From Mobula hypostoma (taxonomy: Eukaryota), in assembly GCF_963921235.1 (NCBI RefSeq), contig NC_086097.1, forward strand, positions 196,790,001-196,854,000: a stretch of DNA of 64,000 nt. Direction: 5' to 3'. The notes beneath the pieces are model-generated. The model made no database searches, had not been told where the DNA came from, and saw only the letters and a program-made list of their open reading frames with translations. Below are positions 12,111 through 23,411 of the stretch, one piece after another. The translations under genes and the position numbers were made by a program. Numbering within the stretch: the first letter of the stretch is position 1; each line of letters starts with the position of its first letter.

Positions 12111-15100
12111 GCAATGAAGTTTAACAGAATTGAACTGGAAACATTTTAAATTTGTGTGTACTGGGCAATACCATTATTCTCCACATTATCATGGAATTGC
12201 TTGTTTCTGCTTTACCAGTCTGAGGACTTGATGGTTTCGAAATCTTTTTGTTCGTCATGCCTAAAGAATTTCCAAATAAATATTCCACTTCTCCAGGTTT
12301 TATGTCTGGTGTTTTGTCATTATTTCTGACTTCACAAAGTGTATAACTATCGGGTCACGAATTTATTGAATTTTCATGCTGATTTGGTTTATGTTGTGGT
12401 TAAATCTCTTACCTAGTTCTCATGATGATAGTTCATGCTGGAATTGTCTACATTCTGTACTGGTAATCTCACTATTGTGGAAGAGGTTTCTTGTAGTTCT
12501 GACTTATTTAGTGAGTTTGGTAGTGAAGTAGATTTGCATTCCTCTTGGTTGGATCATGTGCAAAGAATCAAATTCATCAGTTAGAGAGGCAAAGAGCTGG
12601 TAGTGACAGGATGAAGGGGGAGTTCGGGCAATGCTTGAGGATGGGGTGATATTGAGTGCTAGTGTGGGAAGAGAATTTGTTGTATGTTGCAACGAGACAG
12701 AAACCAGCTGTTGGCCAACAGTAAAAGGAAGTTGAATGTTTACAGTTGAGAGCCAATCACACATAACTTAGTTTTCTCATTTGCATTATATTTGGTGCTT
12801 TCCTACCACCTTGTACAATGCAGTTTTAAGCTACCTTTGTTAATCTCTTAGCTTGATCTTTTAATTATATATAAATGCCCCAGGCATTTTCAAAGCCACT
12901 CTTCATTTTTGTGATGGTATTACTCCCTCTATTGAATAGTTATTGAACCAATCTTCAATGAAGGCTTTATTTAACTTACTCTTTAATGAAGTTTTTCTTC
13001 ACTACAGAAATTGGTAGGAAACACAAAGACTTATTGATATATGTGGAAATAATATTGAACACTTTTTTTTGATGGGGAAGCAATCTGCTATTAAATGTTG
13101 GTGTGGGAGGGGTATGGGTGCTGCAGAAAGATTCTCTTAAGCTCTTGTGCTCTTCTATTTGACAACAGTGGACATAAAATGAATGACTTTATTAAAGCAA
13201 GCTATGCTTTTAGTTATCCTCCTGCAGTTTATTTTTATGGAAATTTGAGGTTATCCAAAACTGTTAAGTTGGGCCTAAACTAACTCAAGTTCATTTGCCT
13301 ATCACTCCAGAGTGAATGCTGAACTATGTTGGGTTGCAGTAAGTAATGCACAATTATAAAATTCTTCAAATTTTTAACATTTGTTTTCTGGTCCCTCATC
13401 TGTCCAACATAGTACTTCTGATATTTCCTTTGGTAATACAACTCTGAGATCCCTGCATTCTTCTTTCAGGTCTTTTGACGAAAGCTAATAAGAATAATTT
13501 CAATGCTTGCAACAGAAGACAAGGCTCCCAGTATCTGGTTTTTGTTTGGTTAACATTCTTCTTGCAAAATATTCTTCAGAAATCCAATAAAAATCTGTTT
13601 GATGGGCGTGCATAAAATTTTAAAACGATTGGTCTATTATCTCAATGGGACTGAATTTGTAACAGCTAAGAATGATCTTAATTATGTAATTGTCTAGTTT
13701 AATCTCAACTGGAGTACCATATTCAGAGTATTGCAATTCCAGTAAAGTACATTAGAGGTTGCGCTCATGATATGCCATGTTATCAGAGCTTAGCATGTTA
13801 AATTTTGAAGATGGATATCAAATAATTGATTTAAATTGGAATTGTTTTCCTTGGTGCTTAAAGGATCTAATTTTTCGTTTTCATCCAGAAGGTGTGTGCT
13901 TTGTTAGCAAGGTTAACAATGCCCATCTTTACGCTTGGTGCTTGAACCTCTGCAGTCTGTAGAAAGGAAGTACTCCTGTCGTGCTGTTATGTGGCTTTAC
14001 AAGAATCAAATCTTCTGACAAATGGGCGGAGGTTCTTTTACAATCTTTGACATGGGTGGGGTAAAAAATGGCACTTGTAAGTTCTCATGCTGGCTTATCC
14101 TTTTAGAAACTAGACACTTAGATAAGTGCAGTACTCAGAATTGAGTATACAGTCTTGCCTATGACATAACATATGAAATACTAAGTGTAATATTTTGCAT
14201 TGCTAACTTGGTTTATTATTGTTACATGTACTGAGGGAAAGTCCTGGGTGTTAACGCACAAACAACAAGGACACGTTTTTCTTTTGTTGAAACAACTTTA
14301 CTTTCACAGTCTTCCTTCAATACTCGAGGGCCACCATGTTTACATCCCACAATTCCCCTCTCTGCACATGCATAACAGGGAGAGTGTGCATGTCTACTAA
14401 ATACCTACATAGTCCAAATGAACAGAACTCAACAATCTCCCATCCCTTTTATGTACATAATAAAAAATTAAAGACAATTCAAATGTCCATTAGGATAGGA
14501 AAATTAGTTCTAACGTTTGAAGTTCATTCAATTCTTAAGGTACCAGATGCCTTCGCTAAGTGCCTTTAACAGCACAATAGCTGGAGCTCCCTTCTTTGTG
14601 AGTCAGTCAGCTCGTTGTTCTTTTTTGGTTGACCATAACACATGATGAATTTTCTGTGCTTGGACAAGTTCCCTGATGCTGCTTATCTTTTCTGTAACAA
14701 AGCCTCATTTTTTTCTGTAACTGACAGTGGATTTGATGGCACCAACCAAAGAGTAGTTGTCTGTGACTGTCCTTCTTTGGGTCACCATGGAAAAGCTCAG
14801 AATAGAGTGTGGCCAGAAAAAAAAACAGCATTCGCAATTCCTTCAGACATTGCAAGAGTTTTTCCTGCCAGTGTACTCAGTGCAACTTTTTGGATCCTTT
14901 TTGATTGCCAATAGAGAAGTGAAAAAACTTCCTTCTTCTCCCATCAATACAATAAAATGTCTCCCTTGGGTACGTACATCAGGAAGATTTCAAAGTGAGG
15001 CATCACTGAAGATGTGCTGGATGCCAAGTTGCAGGCATCTAACATGATGCCATAGAATTTGACCTATCTTTGACCCAAGTTGCTCTGCTTCAGCTTCACT

Positions 15101-15254
15101 AAGAGGTGAATTCAGTTGAGTGGCACGTGAGGATTCCATGCAGGTTGTGTGAAGATGCCTGATGTAGCTTTCTTGGTGCAGTTGTACTGTTCTGTCAACA
15201 GCAAGGATGTCTATCCCTACCCAGTAGTATCTGTCACGTTCCTCTCATTCAAAA

Positions 15255-15789
15255 GGTTAGGCCACACTTGGAGTATTGTGTCCAGTTCTGGTCACCTCAC
15301 TATAGGAAGGATGTGGAAGCATTGGAAAGGGTACAGAGGAGATTTACTAGGATGCTGCCTGGTTTAGAAAGTATGCATTATGATCAGAGATTAAGGGAGC
15401 TAGGGCTTTACTCTTTGGAGAGAAGGAGGATGAGAGGAGACATGATAGAGCTGTACAAGATAATAAGAGGAATAGATAGAGTGGATAGCCAGCACCTTTT
15501 CCCCAGGGCACCACTGCTCAATACAAGAGGACATGGCTTTAAGGTAAGGGGTGGGAAGTTCAAGGGGGATATTAGACGAAGGTTTTTTACTCAGAGAGTG
15601 GTTGGTGCGTGGAATGCACTACCTGAGTCAGTGGTGGAGGCAGATACACTCGTGAAGTTTAAGAGACTACTAGACAGGTATATGGAGGAATCTAAGGTGG
15701 GGGCTTATATGGGAGGCAGGGTTTGAGGGTCGGCACAACATTGTAGGCCGAAGGGCCTGTACTGTGCTGTACTATTCTATGTTCTATGT
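15255..15789 (+). mobile_element. Young CR1 3' end nested in the copia element
   Basis: Near-identical to 8017-8550, same ttctatgt tail. Confidence 0.93.
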
Positions 15790-17020
15790 AAACTGAAAGG
15801 CTGACTTAAGCTAAGGGATAACTGTTGTGGCAAAGTTTTGTGAGCTTCCCCATATGAAGTGAGCTACATAACAGACAAGTATTCCAATCACATGATATCC
15901 TGAACCTTGTTGGTATAAAAACAGCTGGATCTACTTGTGACATCTTTCAACATTATTTCCTTGACCTTTTTATACTGTTGGAGTGATGCATCTGCTAGAC
16001 CATACACATACTTTTTGAGTTCCACAGTGTTCCTTTGCTTTTGGCTTCAGGAGGGGTTTTAATGTAAATGTCACATGACAGCTCCATTCCCTATATGAAT
16101 GCACATTTTATGTCCATGCAATGGGGTTGCCAAGGCTTCTTATGTATCGCTCAGAAGTAGTTGGAGAGACAATGCACATGTTGGTGAGTCTTTTCAGAGT
16201 TCTTCTATGTTTAGTTCCTCAAAATCTCAAGCCGCCATATGAGCTTTTGGTATAATTCCTCCTGGGATTGCTTTCAGGGTGTACATCCATCTTGAAGATG
16301 CTATCTTTTGGCCAATGTCTCTTGCTTCCTCAAACACGCCATTATTTCTGCAACTTCTGATTTCATCCTGTTTTTCAGATTCAAACAACATCTCTTGAGT
16401 TACTAGGGCACCTTCATCTTGATATTTCTCAGAAGGTCTAGCCTGATGATTCAATATGAAATCTGTCTGCACATGACATGTCGACTGACCCTGCAGTGCC
16501 AGTGACTGTGACTGGTTCTAGGTAATTAAAGTTGTACCAACTTTTGTTTCTCCTAGTGACTTTGCCTACTCGTCCTAATACTTCAGCTTTGTATGAGATG
16601 CCGGTGTTTTGGTCTACAAATCTCAGTTTGTCTTGTTTAAGACTGAAACTTCTGTTATCTTTGTACGTGAGAATCTTTGTTCAGGCAAGTCTGTTAAGTT
16701 CTCAACTGTACTCTCTTCAGCACTGTTTGTGCCACTGAGCTGCACTCTCTTCATCCCTGCCTGTGCTATGTGACTGTGTGCCAAGTAAATGCTTTTCATT
16801 TTTTATGTCATTCTCCATGGAGTTCTGATGGCCTTCAGTTTGTGGTTTAGGTAGAGTAGAAAGATGCACCCTCTCATATGTACCTCCGTGCCTCAAGAAT
16901 AGTACAACTCCATCCTGACCACTGACAACTCCAGGACTTTTCCATTCAGTACAATCTGCTCTTTTGTAACAGACTTTGTGCCCTGTGACTTTATTACTTG
17001 CACCCTTCATATACACGAAG

Positions 17021-17611
17021 AGCAAAAATCTTTGTGTTATGTCTCCATCTAAATGTGCAATTTATAGTAATTTATAATAAATAATATGTACAACAGAACA
17101 GGCAATGTAACACAGAAGTGCAGTTGTGTCATCATGAATTAAACAGACTGATGGCCTGGTGGTGGAAGAAGCTGTCCTGGAGCCTGTTGGTCCTGGCTTT
17201 TATGCTGCGATACCATTTCCCGGATGGCAGCGGCTAGAACAGTTTGTGATTGGGGTGACTCAGGTCCCCAGTGTCTTTGTAAATGTCTTGAATAGTGGGA
17301 AGTTCACAACTACAGATGTGCTAGGCTGTCCACACCTCTCTTTGCCGAGTCCTGCGATTGAGGGCAGTACAGTTCCCATGCCAGCCAGTGATGCAGCCAG
17401 TCGGAATGCTCTCAATCATGCCTCTATAGAAATTTGTTGGGATTTGGGGGCCCATACCAAACTTCTTCATCCGTCTGAGGTGAAAGAGGCGCTGTTGTGC
17501 CTTTTTCACCACACAGCTGGTGTGTACAGACTACATGAGATCCTTGGTGACGTGTATGTCGAGAAACTTAAAGCTGTTCACCCTCTCAACCCCTGATCCA
17601 TTGATGTCAAT
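17021..17611 (-). mobile_element. Rex1/Babar-like LINE 3' fragment nested in the copia element
   Basis: KKAQQRLFHLRRMKKFG...NFYRGMIESIPTGCITGWHGNC. Confidence 0.8.
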
Positions 17612-19583
17612 TCTCATTTGTAGAATAGACCTGTACCCTCAGTGCTCTTCAAATTGTCTCTGAACACTGCTTCAGTGAAAGCCTTCCTTGCTGCATGCAG
17701 TGCTGAAATATGTTTACCAATTCAGTCACTCCTTGTTGTGCCCTCTAGAGCAGGTGGTCTGTCAACCAATATAGAAGGAAGGCTTGGATTCTGGCGGAAC
17801 AGCAATTGATACAGGTTGTAGCCATGTAATTGATACAGGTTGTAGCATGGTATTCTTTGCCATAATGGCCCAGTCCAGAGCTGCATTTCAAGCACAACCA
17901 TTTCTTTTCATGAATAAGGATTTGATTGTGTCGCTCCAGAAGTTTAATACTCCAAGGACTATATGCTGCTGTCGTCTTTGTTTCAATATTAAAGTTCTCT
18001 GCCATAGCTCTGAATTAATTCACCAGTATTTTACAAGGTGGACCATGCACACTTATACAGGAACTTAACCAGCACTGAAACATGTGAACTTATCAATGAT
18101 GTGGAGATACCAGATTCCTTGTTCCAGTTCACGTAGGTCTACAGGCTATTGTTTCATTGCATTCAGATGCTAGTGGCGGACTAACCACAGGCTTGGGCTT
18201 TCCAAACTTCTTGGCACGTCTCACAGCTGTCAATTTATCTGCTTTAGAATGGAAAAATAATCTGCATCTTTGTTTCCTGCACTCCTGACCAGTTTCTGAA
18301 GTCTATCAATTGAAACGTGTCCAAACCACTTGTGAAGTTTGAGATACACTTTGCACTTCTCATCTATGGTCATGTTTTGTGTGACAGTTTAGTACTTCAT
18401 TCTCACATGGTTTCTCAGTCGTGTCTTTATCTAGAATGTTCACAGGGTAATATCCAGATCTGGTGAGCTCAAGGGAGACTGGCTATTGAAACATCATTGC
18501 TTGGTCATTCTCCATACCCAGTACCGCCCCTGCTTTCTTTAGGGAAGATTTAATGAGTAATGGAATGTTCAGTTGTACCACCTCTGTTTCAATGTAACAA
18601 TTTGTCTGCCCTGTTTTTACGGGAATTTTCATCGGAACGTATAATCTTTCCAACTCCAAATCTGAATGTTTTGTTACTAGGTGTATCTATGTTCACCTGT
18701 TTCTGCACTTCATGCTGGTTTAGTTCACTCGCATAGCTTTCAAGCCATTTTTCTCTGTGCACTGTATATGTGCATGCTGTATCAATATCAACAGGTCCTA
18801 GAGATTCTGTCATCAAAATCTCTGCCTTAGATACCTCTGCATTAGTGAGTGATTCCTTCCCAAACATTGTGATATGGCACTATTCGAAATCTTCAGATTT
18901 GTTATTTTCTTCCGATGTTTGGTTCTGTGCAGACAGTTTCTTGCTCAGAGGTAAATACTTCGATATACCACACATTTCGATCTCCTACCGTACTTGTTTA
19001 TTGGATTTGTGACAGGTAATGGTAGTCTTGTCTAGTCCCTCTGGGATCTACGCTTGCTTTACTCTTGTTTCTGCTCAATGAAGTTTGTCATTTCCTGACA
19101 CAAATTAATTCCGACTGTTGTCTTAATGCCTTTTTTTCCAAAAATCCTCCAGTGCTGATTTCATAGATGCAGATCTAAGTTCTGTGCATGCAGTTAATGC
19201 TAGCTGTCGACCCTTTGTCTACACACACAATATCCAACAACTTACAAGCTAATACCGCGTCAGGAAGTTCAATTTTGTACTTCCGTATCTGAGTGTATGT
19301 TTGTTCAAAATCGATAATATAATCAGCCATATTTTTCGAATTGTTTATAAATTTTGTCAGTCTGAATATGCCTCATAAATCAGATTTGTACTATCATCTT
19401 TGTTCAAGTCTTTCACTGAAATTCCCATCGAGGTCTCTCTCACTGTTCCCGAAAGCGACAACGCAACAGCCAAGGCTTGCTTCGTATTTTCGTTCCATAA
19501 CGCAAGTCCATATTCCAATCTCAGTTTTCCAGCTTTCATCAGGCTTGCTCTCATCAAAGGTGGCAGGATCCTACAATTGGAAG

Positions 19584-19599
19584 CCATTCTCTGCTACCA
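19584..19599 (-). other. Primer-binding site for initiator tRNA-Met
   Basis: Minus strand TGGTAGCAGAGAATGG, 1 nt after the 5' LTR; one mismatch to the complement of the iMet tRNA 3' end (TGGTAGCAGAGGATGG). Confidence 0.88.
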
Positions 19600-19661
19600 C
19601 TGTTAACGCCCAGACAACAAAGGATATGTTTAAACAAAAGAAAAACAACTTTACTTTCACA

Positions 19662-20700
19662 GCAACACACATCAAAGTTGCTGGTGAACGCAGTAGGCCA
19701 GGTAGCATCTCTCGGAAGAGGTACAGTCGGCGTTTCGGGCCGAGACCCTTCGTCAGGACTAACTGAAGGAAGAGCTAGTAAGAGATTTGAAAGTGGGAGG
19801 GGGAGGGGGAGATCCAGAATGATAGGAGAGAACAAGAGGGGGAGGGATGGAGCCAAGAGCTGGACAGGTGATTGGCAAAAGGGATATGAGAGGATCATGG
19901 GACAGGAGGCCCAGGGAGAAGGAAAAGGGGGATGGGGGGGGAACCCAGAGGATGGGCAAGGGGTATAGTCAGAGGGACAGAGGGAGAAAAAGGAGAGAGA
20001 AAGAATGTGTGTATATAAATAAATAACGGATGGGGTACGAGGGGGAGGTGGGGCATTAGCGGAAGTTAGAGAAGTCAATGTTCATGCTATCAGGCTGGAG
20101 GCTACCCAGACGGAATATAAGGTGTTGTTCCTCCAACCTGAGTGTGCTTCATCTTTACAGTAGAGGATGCCATGGATAGACATATCAGGTTGGAGGAACA
20201 ACACCTTGTATTCCGTCTGGGTAGCCTCCAGCCTGATAGCATGAACATTGACTTCTCTAACTTCCGCTAATGCCCCTCCTCCCCCTTGTACCCCGTCCGT
20301 TATTTATTTATATACACACATTCTTTCTCTCTCTCTCCTTTTTCTCCCTCTGTCCCTCTGACTATACCCCTTGCCCAACCGCTGGGTTTTTTTCACCTCC
20401 CCCCTTTCCTTCTCCCTGGGCCTCCTGTCCCATGATCCTCTCCTATCCCTTTTGCCAATCACCTGTCCAGCTGTTGGCTCTATCCCTCCCCCTCCTGCCT
20501 TCTCCTATCATTTTGGATCTCCCCCTCCCCCTCCCACTTTCAAATCTCTTACTAGCTCTTCCTTCAGTTAGTCCTGACGAAGGGTCTCGTCCCGAAACGT
20601 CGACTGTACCTCCTCCTAGAGATGCTGCCTGGCCTGCTGCATTCACCAGCAACTTTGATGTGTGTCGCTTGAATTTCCAGCACCTGCAGAATTCCTCGTG
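19662..20700. mobile_element. Palindromic PLE insertion (two head-to-head 3' fragments) inside the copia 5' LTR
   Basis: 12-bp TSD tttactttcaca at 19650-19661 and 20701-20712; arms 19662-20188 (-) and 20185-20700 (+) overlap by tcag. Confidence 0.93.
20569..20606 (+). ncRNA. Minimal hammerhead motif
   Basis: tagtc CTGACGA agggtctcgtccc GAAACGTC gactg; the mirror copy at 19724-19761 (-) has GCC instead of GTC. Confidence 0.7.
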
Positions 20701-20829
20701 TTTACTTTCACATCTCCCTTCGATACCTGAGGGCCGCCACCTTTACATTACACAATTTCTCTCTCTCCACAAGAGTGCACACGCATAACAGGGAGACTTA
20801 CATAGTCCAAATGAACTGAACTCAACAGT

Positions 20830-23158
20830 GGGTGGGTATACAGTCTCTGGAAAATAATATTAAAGACCTCCGAACAAGACTGCAATACCAAAGGAACATC
20901 AGGATCTGTTGTGTACTCTGCTTTACAGAGACATGTCTCACCCTCAGTGCTTCATATACAACACTCCTGCCCAAGGGCTTCACCATCCATCACAAGACAG
21001 TGCATCAAGTAAAGGTAGAGGTGGTGGCATTTGCTTCATAATTAACTGATCGTGGTGCACTGGTGTGGCAGTTCTGCTCTCTGTGGTGGTCAAGGTCAAC
21101 CATTCTATCTGCTGAGGGAATTCTTCACTCTCATCCTGGTTGCAGTGTACACTCCACTCCTGGCAAACTGGCACTGGAAGTGCTGAGCACTGTAATCAGT
21201 AGTTGTAAGACAGTGCACCCTGATGCCTTCCTGATCATTGAGGGAAGGCGCCGGGCTAGCTTGAAGTCTCAAACACACTATCACCTGTGTAAGCAGAGGA
21301 ACCAATACACTTAATCGCTGTTTCACCACCACCAAGAATGTTTACTGTGCCATCCCACGACTGTATTTTGGCAAGTCTGATCACTTGGCTGTATTTCTAT
21401 TCCTAGCATATAGACACACTTTAAACATTGAAGCTCCAGTGGTGAGAGTGGCAAAGGTATGGTCAATGGAGGCAGAAGAGCGCTTGCATGACTGCTTTGA
21501 ATCAATGGATTGGACTAAGCTCGGGGATTCATCTTTGGATCTGAATAAATGTGCCACAGCCATCACCACCTTCATCAGGACCTGCATAGATGAGTGTGTG
21601 CCTTTGAAATTACAGCTCAGCATTAACACCATCATCCCCTTAGTACTAATCAGTAGTCTTCAAAACCTGGGTCTCTGTATCTCCCTCTGCAACTGGGTTC
21701 TTCATGGGAGAATGCAGTTGGTACAGATTGGTAATAATTTCTCTTTGTCACCAACTGCCAACACAGGCACACCTCAATAATGCCTACTTAGCCACTGCTC
21801 TGCTATACTCCGCATTCATGACTATGTGGCTGTGTATGGCTCAAATGCTATCAATTGGCAGAATCTCAGATGGCAATAAGGAGGCATGAAGACGTGCAAT
21901 GAATTGGCTGGTTGAGTAGTGTCATGACAGCAGGAATTGATTGTGGATGTCTAGAAAAGGGAAGCTGAGAGAATATCTACCTGTGTATTCGGCAGTTAGT
22001 AGTTGGAAGTGTGAGCTTCAAGTTCTTTGCATACCTGCAGCTCTACTACTTTAGGTGTTTGAAGAATTTTGGTATGTCACCAAGGATATGCAAATTTCTG
22101 CAGATATACTGGTTGCATCACTGTCTGTTATAGAGCATCCAATGTGCAGAATCGAAAGAGGCTGCAGATGGTTGTAGATTCAGCTGTAAACGTAACTTTG
22201 CTAGATCGAATAACGACAGCACAAAAAGATTGTTACTTATCTTTTCATCCGTTTATTTTTTCGAGCTCAACTGGCGAGTGAATTTGGACCGACATCAGGG
22301 AGAGAATCTTTCTCATCTCCCCGGCAGTTCAGCAAGTTGACTGCCTGATGTCAGAATTGTCAGAAGTTATAAGGCCACCGATACAAAAGAACAATCAATT
22401 TGATAACCATTCCGGCCAAGTCAATGGACTATTGATACAGAAGTGCAATCAATTTGTTTGACACTCCAGCCACCTTAATCAAAGAAAAGAATGTCCTACC
22501 TGGGTTGCTGGAGCCACAACTTAATTACAAAGATAAAAACATCCGTCAAATTTATGCTTGTATTAAGAAAGGAATGTTCTATCTAATTTCCATCAGGTAC
22601 TGCTTTTTGTCAAAATCAAAAGGTGTGAAAAACCCAGAGACATCTTATGTGGATCTGGGTGAACTTTTAACCCTTGCTCCAATGAAGGTAGCTGTGAGAC
22701 ATTATTCAAACACACTGCAGTCATAGAATAGTCAGTACTGAATCCATTGTTTACAGGAATCTGAGAATTCCCCATTCCCTTAAACTTCATCACAGCCAGC
22801 TCCATCATGGGCACAACCCTTCCTAGCATCAAAAGGTTGTGCCTCAAGAAGACAATATTCATCATTAAAGACCCTTATCATTGGGTTGTGCCCACTTCTC
22901 AGTGAGGAGGTACAGGAAACCAAAGACCAGCACTCAGCATTAGGAACTGCTGCTTCCCCTCTGCTATCAGATTTTTGTAAAGACCATAATAAACACTACC
23001 TAATTTGAACTCATTCACACAATTTTTTAAAATTTATTTATGCTGCCCAAAACAACAAATTTCATGATACATCAGTGAAAATAAACTTGATTATAATCTT
23101 TGATTATGTTGGCTGCTTTACTGAAGCTGCAAGTGGTATAGACAGAGTCCATGGAGTT
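20830..23158 (+). mobile_element. Decayed Rex1/Babar-like LINE (APE and RT remnants)
   Basis: QSLENNIKDLR...CCVLCFTET; EERLHDCFESMDW; LQNLGLCISLCNWV...TGTPQ; GCITVCY. Confidence 0.75.
22185..22792 (-). mobile_element. Probable solo LTR (608 bp)
   Basis: TG...CA termini; 4-bp TSD cagc at 22181-22184 and 22793-22796; removal rejoins the host LINE; minus-strand TATAA (~22370) lies upstream of AATAAA (~22255). Confidence 0.7.
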
Positions 23159-23411
23159 ACATCTGCTTTCTTTTTTTTAATAAAATTTTTATTAAATTTT
23201 CAAAAAGAATACATGAAAAGATAAAATCTACCCACCCCCCTCCCCTTAACCCTCCCCCCCCATATATAGTCCTACCTAAAAAGAAAGAAAGAGAAAAAAA
23301 AAAGATTCGCCTGGGTATTGGAAGGTTTCCACATGCTCCATGGGATTCAAAATAAATTTGGTATAATTATTCGTTACTTTCTCCAAGTAACCAAAATCTT
23401 TATCGGAGCAC

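Larger units (their letters stand above)
14249..20827 (-). mobile_element. Decayed full-length Ty1/copia LTR retrotransposon (GalEa-like) with three nested insertions
   Basis: LTRs TGTTAACG...CTCAACA at 14249-14434 and 19601-20827 (the latter split by a PLE); TSD ctggg/gtggg; PBS 19584-19599; PPT 14435-14450. Minus-strand order: gag (KQALAVALSLSG), protease (DTACT), integrase (LHKWFGH; AYSPWS...LERHNQ), RT (SSRWMYTLK), RNase H (AD*LTKK). Confidence 0.9.

Noticed and set aside
19554..20788. Repeated Pro/Leu/Ser-rich ORFs (also 39664-40184 and 44014-44471) as a small-protein family
   Set aside because: They are translations of the pyrimidine-rich PLE 3' repeat in varying frames
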